Source of the DNA: Clostridia bacterium
Lineage (GTDB): Bacteria > Bacillota > Clostridia > Oscillospirales > UBA644
Direction of reading: 5' to 3'
NCBI GenBank assembly: GCA_017621705.1
Contig: JAGASR010000002.1
Span: forward strand, 45,984 to 109,983
DNA length: 64,000 nucleotides
In this document: piece after piece, positions 56,743 through 64,000 of the stretch
How positions within the stretch are numbered: position 1 is the first letter of the stretch
Layout: each line of letters opens with the position of its first letter
Notes under the pieces: model-generated
Told to the model about the DNA's origin: nothing
What the model saw: the letters and a program-made list of their open reading frames with translations, nothing else
Databases searched by the model: none
Made by a program: the position numbers and the translations under genes

Positions 56743-59031
56743 TTATTTTGAAAATCTGATTCCCAGAACCTTGTATGCCCCGAGCTTTACGGTCAGAACT
56801 CCGTCGAGGTCGGACCAACTTTCGGGGTTCATCAGACCGTCCGTAAAAGCATATTTTTTATAACATTGTGGAACGGTGATCTTCGCGGTTTTTTCTTCGG
56901 AAGTGCCCGAATAGATTCGCAGAAAAGCATCATCTCCGACTTTTCTCATTGCGGAAATATATGCATTTTCTACTTTCCAGCCGATATTCTTCTCTTCCGC
57001 ACAGAGCATCGGTGTGTTGAAATGCAGAGCATTCTGCCAGAGCGTATCATCGGCATCTTTGCCATGCGGAACGATCGCAAAATCAACGGTGTACGATTTA
57101 TCCGTATTGTAAGAAAGGTCGCTGTCGCATTTATATTCCATTGCAACGGAGCGGAAAAGCGTCACCATCATGATGCCGTCTTCGCAGTTGTTTGCGGGAA
57201 GACCTCTGTTCAAAAGCGCCACGCCGTCGCCGTTTGCGGTCGAAGCGTCGATAAATCTCTCGGCAGGCTGTACGCCTTCGCCGCGCTCAACGATCGCATA
57301 CGGGATCTGATGACGGATAACTTCCGAATTGTTGACGGGGAAAGCCGCACGCAGACGTGTCCTTTTCGTCTGATTCGTAAATTCGAATTTATACTCGATT
57401 CTCGGCGTGTCTTTTGCGAAAATCACAGTCATCGTGAACGGAATTTTGCTTATCCAATGGCTGTGGCATCCCGTCTGTTTGACGATAAGCCCGTCTTCCC
57501 CGAACGAGATCGCTTCGGCGGAAAGTACCGCCCCCGCAGATAACTGCACTCTTGCGTGGGTCGCGAGGTTTTTTCTGTCATAAGGATCGGGTAAATTTGC
57601 CGAATAACTTCTCGGATCGTATTCCCACGGGTATTCGAATTCTACCCAGTTATCGCCGTTGTCCATCTGCACCTGAGTTGAGCCGAACGGGACGGACGGA
57701 TCCCCGACAAGCTCTCTGCCCGTCGATTTTTCCGTAAGAGAGAAAATATAACCTTGTGAATTCAGCTTTGCTTTGTAAAATTCGTTTTCGTATTCGCAGG
57801 GAAGCGTGATCTTTTCGCCCGTGATCTGATTTTCCTTGATCGCAGAGAATGCTTCCGCTTTATATTGGACGGTCATGCCGCCGCTTTCACGTATGCCGTT
57901 TATTGCAAAATTCAGGGTGTTGAACGGTTTTTCGCAGCCGTTTGCAAGCTCCGTTCTTATGTTTTCAAGCTCGTTTTCTTTTTCGTCGTATTCTTCCATT
58001 GCCTGAACGACGCTTTCGTTGCAGATCGTTCCGCAGAGAATATCGTGGAACTGATTTTTGAGTGTGATCTTCCATGCAGGGTCGAGATCTGCGTTTTTAT
58101 TCTGAAGAGCGGTCAGAGTCTCGAGCGCGTAAAGCATATTTTCCATGCGGCGGTTTGCGAGCTTGATCTGAATATTCGTCGCAAAAGAGCCTTTGAGCGA
58201 GGAGATAAATTCGCCGTCGTAAACAGGCTTGTTTTCAAAGTCGATTTCGCTGAAAGCTTCTTCAAAAGAGGAAAATTTCATCGTCGGCAGTGCGCCTCTG
58301 CGGTTCATTTCTTTGATGATTGCTGGCGCCGCCTTGCTCGGAGTACACATATCTCCGCCGACGGGCATTATCTGGCTGTCTTTACCGCAGCGCTCCTCGT
58401 TCAGTTCCATAAGAAAACGTATTCCGTTTTCCGTTGCGTTTGCCCAGCTCTGCTCTTCGGCATTGATCTTTTCTGCGTTGCCGAATGAAAGACCGCCATA
58501 GCCCGTGCTCATCCAGTGCGTGTCGATCTCCGTTCCGTCAATGCCTTTCCAACGGAAATTTTCAATATCGAAATCTCTTTCCATACAGCGGCTGAACGTA
58601 TAACCGTCATAACCGCACTGACGGAGAATCTGCGGCAATGCGGCGGAATGTCCCCAGCAGTCTGCAATATACGCAGTCCTCGGCTCGTAACCGACCGTTT
58701 CTGCAAGAACTTTTTTGCCGTAATATGCCTGCATATAAATACTTTCGCCCGACGGCATCGACATATCGGGAACGGCAAAAAATCCCGGCGCAAAATGAAG
58801 CTGTCCGTTTTTCGTCAGTTCGGTCAGTATTTCGCGCTTTTCGGGGTGGTTTTTCCAGTATTCATCGAAGAAATACGCCTGTTCTACGGTGTACGTAAAT
58901 TCTGAGTTTTCCTGCATTATCTCTATCGCCGTGTCGAGAATACGGGTGGCAACCTCCGTATACCACGATTCGGGTCGAAGATATGCAATATCATGATGAA
59001 AAGTCGAGATAAGGTGAAGTTTTCTGTCCAT
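56743..59031 (-). CDS. GH38 alpha-mannosidase-like glycoside hydrolase
   Basis: 762 aa. N-terminal LHLISTFHHDIAY (metal-binding HxD) and the central NQFHDILCGT motif are typical of GH38. Confidence 0.75.
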   Translation of the reverse strand: MDRKLHLISTFHHDIAYLRPESWYTEVATRILDTAIEIMQENSEFTYTVEQAYFFDEYWKNHPEKREILTELTKNGQLHFAPGFFAVPDMSMPSGESIYMQAYYGKKVLAETVGYEPRTAYIADCWGHSAALPQILRQCGYDGYTFSRCMERDFDIENFRWKGIDGTEIDTHWMSTGYGGLSFGNAEKINAEEQSWANATENGIRFLMELNEERCGKDSQIMPVGGDMCTPSKAAPAIIKEMNRRGALPTMKFSSFEEAFSEIDFENKPVYDGEFISSLKGSFATNIQIKLANRRMENMLYALETLTALQNKNADLDPAWKITLKNQFHDILCGTICNESVVQAMEEYDEKENELENIRTELANGCEKPFNTLNFAINGIRESGGMTVQYKAEAFSAIKENQITGEKITLPCEYENEFYKAKLNSQGYIFSLTEKSTGRELVGDPSVPFGSTQVQMDNGDNWVEFEYPWEYDPRSYSANLPDPYDRKNLATHARVQLSAGAVLSAEAISFGEDGLIVKQTGCHSHWISKIPFTMTVIFAKDTPRIEYKFEFTNQTKRTRLRAAFPVNNSEVIRHQIPYAIVERGEGVQPAERFIDASTANGDGVALLNRGLPANNCEDGIMMVTLFRSVAMEYKCDSDLSYNTDKSYTVDFAIVPHGKDADDTLWQNALHFNTPMLCAEEKNIGWKVENAYISAMRKVGDDAFLRIYSGTSEEKTAKITVPQCYKKYAFTDGLMNPESWSDLDGVLTVKLGAYKVLGIRFSK

Positions 59032-59043
59032 AAGTTTAACCGT

Positions 59044-60432
59044 TTACTCCATATAATTATTGTAAAGATTATCGAGGCTTGCCTGCATTTCGTTTTCGAT
59101 CTCAACGAGAGCTTCCGTTGCGGCTTTCTTGCCCCTTGTTACTCCGAGGAGATTTGTCTGGAGTGCTCCGGAGAACGGAGTGTATATCGTATAGTCGAAA
59201 AATGCTTCGTCTCTGATCGTCTGGAAATGCTCAAAGGATGCTGTGGAGAAGAAGGTCGATCTTTCAAAGTCGTCCTGCCATGTCTCGGTAGTGTCTCCGG
59301 GAAGCGGCTGGAACATATACGGTAAAAGGATCGCCTGAACTTCGGGGTCCGTATTTATGGGTGCATAGAAAAATCTTGAGTTATAAGAGAAAGAAGTTCT
59401 CGATTTAGAACCGTTTGCGCTCGGACCTTCGGGGAATACGATCCATTCGTATGCGCTTTCCATTCTGTATGCAAGGTTTTCCCTGCCTTCGTCGGAAAGA
59501 CCGAGGTGCGTAAACTCAACGAAGAAAGCGCGTCTGTTTTCAACGAACGGGGTGATGTTCTGTCTGTCGCCGCCGTCGCATATAAGCTGTCTTTCTGCAA
59601 GACTTCGAACGAAAGTCAAAGCTTCGATCGCTTCGGGGCTGTTCAGCGCATAAGAAAGTTTGCCGTCAGCGCCCTTTTGGACAAATCTTGCGTTGTTTGA
59701 GAAAAGTGCCGCAAATTCAAGGTACGGTTCGCTGGTGTACGCAAGTGCGTATGTGTGCATATTTTCATCCGGATCGGAAGTATCTCTTATCGCTTCGCAC
59801 ATGCTTTCGAGCTTATCCCAGGTCCATTCGCCGTTTTCATAAAGCTCATGCGGTGAAGCTTGCTGATATTCGGATATAACAGCAGGGTTGAACCACATCG
59901 CGGGCATCGTATCTGCCGCCGGAAAACCCCAGTAATATGCGATAATTGCATAGTAATCATCTCCGAAAAGACCTGCTTCGAGGGATCCGGGCGTGCCGTA
60001 AAGACCCGAATGAAGATCGATGTTCATATCAGAAAACGGCATATATAACCCCTGCTGCATCGGTCCGCGCATTACATGATGCATGACCGTAAACATAAGG
60101 TCGGCGTATTTCATATCTGCGGCAAGGAGGGTCTGATATCTGCCCGTGTCGCATCCGTCTATGAGGGTGATCTCAACGTTGTATTTTTCTTCGGTTTCTT
60201 TATATCTCTGGAGCAGCTGATCCGCTCTTGCCGTACTGCCGGATTCGGGGTTTAACGGATACTGACCGCCGTGGGAAAGAGCCGCGATTATGAATTCATA
60301 TCCGAGCAGGTCGATCTCGTCCGCTTTCGCATTCGGATCGTATTCGGGAACGATCTCTTTTTCGGCCGCAGTACATGCTGTAAATAGCATAAAAACCGTC
60401 ATAATAACGGCAAAGATCTTTAATTTTTTCAT
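59044..60432 (-). CDS. Secreted lipoprotein, solute-binding-protein-like, paralog 1
   Basis: Start at ATG 60432 with an AAGGAG SD. Lipobox MLFTAC. About 60% identical by eye to the next two genes. Confidence 0.6.
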   Translation of the reverse strand: MKKLKIFAVIMTVFMLFTACTAAEKEIVPEYDPNAKADEIDLLGYEFIIAALSHGGQYPLNPESGSTARADQLLQRYKETEEKYNVEITLIDGCDTGRYQTLLAADMKYADLMFTVMHHVMRGPMQQGLYMPFSDMNIDLHSGLYGTPGSLEAGLFGDDYYAIIAYYWGFPAADTMPAMWFNPAVISEYQQASPHELYENGEWTWDKLESMCEAIRDTSDPDENMHTYALAYTSEPYLEFAALFSNNARFVQKGADGKLSYALNSPEAIEALTFVRSLAERQLICDGGDRQNITPFVENRRAFFVEFTHLGLSDEGRENLAYRMESAYEWIVFPEGPSANGSKSRTSFSYNSRFFYAPINTDPEVQAILLPYMFQPLPGDTTETWQDDFERSTFFSTASFEHFQTIRDEAFFDYTIYTPFSGALQTNLLGVTRGKKAATEALVEIENEMQASLDNLYNNYME

Positions 60433-60513
60433 AATTCGGCTCCTTATATACTTAATATTTTTAACTCGGATCCGCCGCACTTCGCGACGGATCCTTATTG
60501 TTGTCTGAATTTT

Positions 60514-61920
60514 TTAGTCGAGGTAGTCGTTATAAAGTTTGTCGAGGGATTCCTGATAAGCTGTTGCAACGCTGTTGAGAGTTTCAGCCGAGGATTTTGT
60601 GCCTCTCGTTATAGCCATGATGTTCGACTGCATTTCGCTGAACGGAATGAACGGGGTGTAGTCAAAGGTCGCTTCGTCTCTGATCTGTTGGAAGTAATTG
60701 AAAGAAGCAGTCGAGAAGAACGTATTTCTCTCAAAATCGTCCTGCCATGTTTCCGGAGTTTCGCCCGGAAGCGGCTGGAAGAGGTAGGGAAGAAGGATCG
60801 AATGTACTTCAACGTCGGAGTTTGCCGCCGCATAGAATATTCTTGAATGGTAAGAATAGGTGGTTCTTGTTATGGGTGCTTCTCCTGCGCTCGGGCCGGT
60901 GGGGAAGGTTATCCATTCATAAGCTTCCTGCATCTGGTAGGAAAGGTTGCCGGTACCTTCGGAAGAAAGACCCATATGCGTAAATTCAAGGAAGAATGCA
61001 CGTCTGTTTTCAACGAACGGAGTTATGTTCTGTCTGTCGCCGCCGTCACAGATAAGCTTTCTTTCTGCAAGGGAGTGGATATAGTCGAGCGCTTCGATAG
61101 CCTCGGGGCTGTTAAGGGTATATTCAAGTTTGCCGTCGGCATTTTTCGTTACGGGTCTTGCTCCGTTCGAGTAGATCGCTGCGTATTCAAGATACGGTTC
61201 GCTGGTGTATGCAAGAGCGTATGTATGCATATCTTCATCGGGATCGGAAGTATCCATTATCGCTTCGCACATCTTTTCGAGAGTTGCCCATGTCCATTCT
61301 CCCTGCTCGTTGAGTTCATGGGGAGAAGTCTGCTGATAATTTGAGATAACTCTCGGGTTGAACCACATCGCAGGCATCGTGTACGGAGAGGGGAAGCCCC
61401 AGTAGTACGCAACGATCGAATAATATTCGTTGCCGAAACTGCCTGTTTCGAGAGTTCCGGGCGTTCCGTATAAACCGGAATTAAGGTCTATATCCATATC
61501 GGAAAACGGCATGAAATAACCGTTCTGAATATATTTTCCGCCAAAAACGTCGCCGATCTTTGCGACCATAAGGTCTGCGTATTTCATGCCTGCGGCATAT
61601 TGATTTTTAAACATGCCGAGGTCGCAGCCGTCGAGAACTTTGATTTTTACGTTGTATTTTTCTTCGGTGTCTTTATATCTCTGTAAAAGTTTGTCGCCGC
61701 GGACGTCAGCACCGGGTTCGGGCGAAAGCTGATATTCGCCGCCGCCGTGGGTTGCCGCCGCAAAAGTGTATTCGTAGCCGAGAAGGTCGATCTCGCCGCT
61801 TCCCGCTTGCGGATTATATTCGGGAACGATTTCTTCCGTCCGTGAAGAGGAACAAGCCGTGAGGATAACAAAAGCCGTCAGAAAAACGGACAGGGCTTTC
61901 AGAAAATTCGATCTGATCAT
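60514..61920 (-). CDS. Secreted lipoprotein, solute-binding-protein-like, paralog 2
   Basis: Lipobox VILTAC and AAGGAG SD. Shares long identical peptide blocks with paralog 1 (MHTYALAYTSEPYLE, LICDGGDRQNITPFVENRRAFF). Confidence 0.6.
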   Translation of the reverse strand: MIRSNFLKALSVFLTAFVILTACSSSRTEEIVPEYNPQAGSGEIDLLGYEYTFAAATHGGGEYQLSPEPGADVRGDKLLQRYKDTEEKYNVKIKVLDGCDLGMFKNQYAAGMKYADLMVAKIGDVFGGKYIQNGYFMPFSDMDIDLNSGLYGTPGTLETGSFGNEYYSIVAYYWGFPSPYTMPAMWFNPRVISNYQQTSPHELNEQGEWTWATLEKMCEAIMDTSDPDEDMHTYALAYTSEPYLEYAAIYSNGARPVTKNADGKLEYTLNSPEAIEALDYIHSLAERKLICDGGDRQNITPFVENRRAFFLEFTHMGLSSEGTGNLSYQMQEAYEWITFPTGPSAGEAPITRTTYSYHSRIFYAAANSDVEVHSILLPYLFQPLPGETPETWQDDFERNTFFSTASFNYFQQIRDEATFDYTPFIPFSEMQSNIMAITRGTKSSAETLNSVATAYQESLDKLYNDYLD

Positions 61921-61932
61921 AAAAATCTCCTT

Positions 61933-63324
61933 TTATTTACCGAGGTAGTCGTTATAAAGGTTGTCGAGAGATGCCTGAATTTTCGATTCCATTGTTTCGA
62001 GAGCTTCCGTTGCGGTCGTTGCACCCGTAGATACTTTTGAAAGTATGTTGCAGAGATCATTGTAGGGGATATACGGAGCGTAATCGTAGAACGCATCGTC
62101 TCTCATTATAGTGTACTGTTTGAACGATTCTGTTGTAAAGAAGTTGTTTCTTTCAAATTCGTCCTGCCATGTATCGACAGTTTCGCCGGGAAGCGGCTGG
62201 AAGAGGTAGGGGAGGACGATCGCATGAACTTCGGGGTCGGAGTTCGAGGGTGCAAAGTAGAATCTGGAGTGGTAAGAATAAGCGTTTCTTGCCGTCGTCG
62301 GATCGTAGCTCGGACCGGTGGGGAAAAGCGTCCATTCATAAGGACCGTCCATATTGTATGCAAGACCGCTCGCGTTTTCGGAAGCAAGACCGATCTGGGT
62401 GTACTGAAGAACGAATGCATTTCTGCCGTTACAGAATTTAGCGATGAAGTCGCCGTTGTTTTCTTCAATAAGCTTTCTTTCTGTAAGTCCCTTTATGAAT
62501 TCGAGAGCTTCGAGTGCATTGGTGGAGTTGAGAGAATATCTGAGGATTCCGTCTTCTCCTTTCGTTACGATCCTTGCGCTGTTTGAATAAAGAGCCGCAA
62601 GTTCAAGGAACGGTTCGCCTATGTGGGATACTGCATAGACGTGCTCTTCGCTGTTCGCGGAAGAAACGTCGTTTATATTTTCGCAAAGTGTCTCAAAAGC
62701 GTCCCATTTCCAGTCTCCCTGTTCATTGAGTTCGTGGGGATTGGGCTGCTGATATTCGGAGATCAGCGTGGGGTTAAACCACATTGCGGGCATAGTGTAC
62801 GGAGAAGGAAGTCCCCAGTAGTAGGAAATTATCGCATAGTAATCTCCGTCAAAACAGCCTGCGTCGAGCATGCCCTGAGTTCCGTATATGCCGGATTCAA
62901 AATCGAGACCCATATCGGAAAACGGCTGGAAAAAACCGTTCTGAACGTATTTGCCCGTCGCAACTTCAGCCGCCTGACAGATCGCGATATCCGCATATTT
63001 TTCGCCTGTTGCATACAGTGCCATAAACATGGAAAGATTGCTTTCGCCGAGAACGTTGATATCAACATTGAATTTTTCTTCGGTCTCTTTGTATCTCTGC
63101 AGAAGTTTGTCGCCTCTGGAGTCTTCGCCGGGTTCGGGTGCGAGCTGAACTCGTCCGCCGCCGTGAGTGCCTGCGGCGATTATGTATTCGTAACCCGAAA
63201 GGTCAATGTCGTTTGCTTTCGCATAGGGATCGTATTCCGGAATGATCTCGGGAGCTTCGGATGCGCATGCCGAAAAAACAAGGAGCAATGTCATTATCAG
63301 CGCAAGAAATCTTATCTTTTTCAT
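61933..63324 (-). CDS. Secreted lipoprotein, solute-binding-protein-like, paralog 3
   Basis: Lipobox LVFSAC. Same architecture, more diverged (MPAMWFNP, LPYLFQPLPGET, TWQDEFERN conserved). Confidence 0.6.
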   Translation of the reverse strand: MKKIRFLALIMTLLLVFSACASEAPEIIPEYDPYAKANDIDLSGYEYIIAAGTHGGGRVQLAPEPGEDSRGDKLLQRYKETEEKFNVDINVLGESNLSMFMALYATGEKYADIAICQAAEVATGKYVQNGFFQPFSDMGLDFESGIYGTQGMLDAGCFDGDYYAIISYYWGLPSPYTMPAMWFNPTLISEYQQPNPHELNEQGDWKWDAFETLCENINDVSSANSEEHVYAVSHIGEPFLELAALYSNSARIVTKGEDGILRYSLNSTNALEALEFIKGLTERKLIEENNGDFIAKFCNGRNAFVLQYTQIGLASENASGLAYNMDGPYEWTLFPTGPSYDPTTARNAYSYHSRFYFAPSNSDPEVHAIVLPYLFQPLPGETVDTWQDEFERNNFFTTESFKQYTIMRDDAFYDYAPYIPYNDLCNILSKVSTGATTATEALETMESKIQASLDNLYNDYLGK

Positions 63325-63462
63325 ATATATTACCTTCTTTTTTTAAGTTGTCAATGGCATTCTTCTTTGTCTTTTTTTGAGTGCCTTTTATACCCTTATG
63401 GGCAAGTCCCGATGCTTTTCAGGACTTGCCCAAAGAAAAATCAAAAGAATTTACTCTTCAAA

Positions 63463-64000
63463 TCAGTCGATTTCGCCCAACTGGAGGATCTGCTTCATAG
63501 GAGCGGGACGTTCGCAGGTGGACTGGAGTTCGTAAACCTTGCCGGAGTCGGAACTCAGCTCGAAAGAGTGCATAACTTCGAGTGCATGGTAGCAGAGTTC
63601 TTCGTTGGCTCTGTGTTTACGGTTGTTTTTGATAGCGGATGCCATATCAGCAACTGCAAGACCGCGGCTGTTATCAGCGTAGCAGTGAGTGAGAGGCATT
63701 TCCATAAAGCCGGTGTTGTGACGTTTAACGTAAACGGGACCGCCGAAGCCGTTCGGGTCGGGAACAACGATGGTGCCTTCGGTACCGTAAATTTCGATGC
63801 AGGGAAGGCTTCTTGCGCCCCAGACGTCGAAGGAGGTGGTGAGCTGAACGGTAGCGCCGTTAGCAAATTCCATAGTACCTGCAACGTGAGTGGGAACGTC
63901 AACGTCAATGATGGTGCCGTATTTCGGTTCGCTTGTGATCATTCTCTGGGGGAATGTCTTCTTTGTGAAGCCGACGGTTCTCTTAACGGGACCGAGGAGA
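63463..64000 (-). CDS. Gfo/Idh/MocA-family oxidoreductase, C-terminal part (5' end beyond window)
   Basis: The reading frame is open to the window edge. ...PTHVAGTMEFANGATVQLTTSFDVW...IEIYGTEGTIVVPDPNGFGGPV is the typical GFO_IDH_MocA C-terminal dimerisation domain. Confidence 0.7.
   Translation of the reverse strand, partial: LLGPVKRTVGFTKKTFPQRMITSEPKYGTIIDVDVPTHVAGTMEFANGATVQLTTSFDVWGARSLPCIEIYGTEGTIVVPDPNGFGGPVYVKRHNTGFMEMPLTHCYADNSRGLAVADMASAIKNNRKHRANEELCYHALEVMHSFELSSDSGKVYELQSTCERPAPMKQILQLGEID

Noticed and set aside
63380-63440. Terminator after the Gfo/Idh/MocA gene (GGGCAAGTCC...GGACTTGCCC)
   Set aside because: The 10-bp stem is real. The U-run lies on the wrong side for the minus-strand gene and there is only an A-run on the plus side, so I do not call it a canonical intrinsic terminator.

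Overview
This 64 kb window looks like chromosome from a Firmicutes/Clostridia-type anaerobe. Supporting signs are AGGAGG Shine-Dalgarno sites, TTGACA-17-TATAAT promoters, sporulation-type genes (SpoVB-like, PdaA-like), type III glutamine synthetase and a type A RNase P RNA. Content is mostly housekeeping: rpsG'/rpsL/rpoC/rpoB, purH, rnpB RNA, pyk, tRNA-Leu(CAA), DnaD/DnaC-like loaders, gpmI, icd, rhaA, thiI, a NifS-type desulfurase and rmuC. Carbohydrate genes are interspersed (GH36, HTH-fused GH51, GH38, DUF4091-like, a six-hairpin GH-like gene, three tandem paralogous lipoproteins). There is also a 1211-aa Big_2 surface lipoprotein and a fused ABC ATPase/FtsX permease. I found no transposase, integrase, CRISPR array, prophage or recognisable defence operon, so I cannot claim a novel multi-gene system. 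The least explained sequence is the 1.1 kb non-coding stretch at 23.0-24.1 kb around tRNA-Leu. It holds phased short-motif/mini-hairpin arrays, a polypurine loop closed by a 12-bp stem, and an orphan consensus promoter followed by two intrinsic terminators upstream of a LysM/M14 peptidase gene. Secondary points are the HTH-GH51 fusion, a low-GC gene island, and an XRE regulator with twin palindromic operators. All calls come from reading the sequence and recalling protein families; no searches were run.
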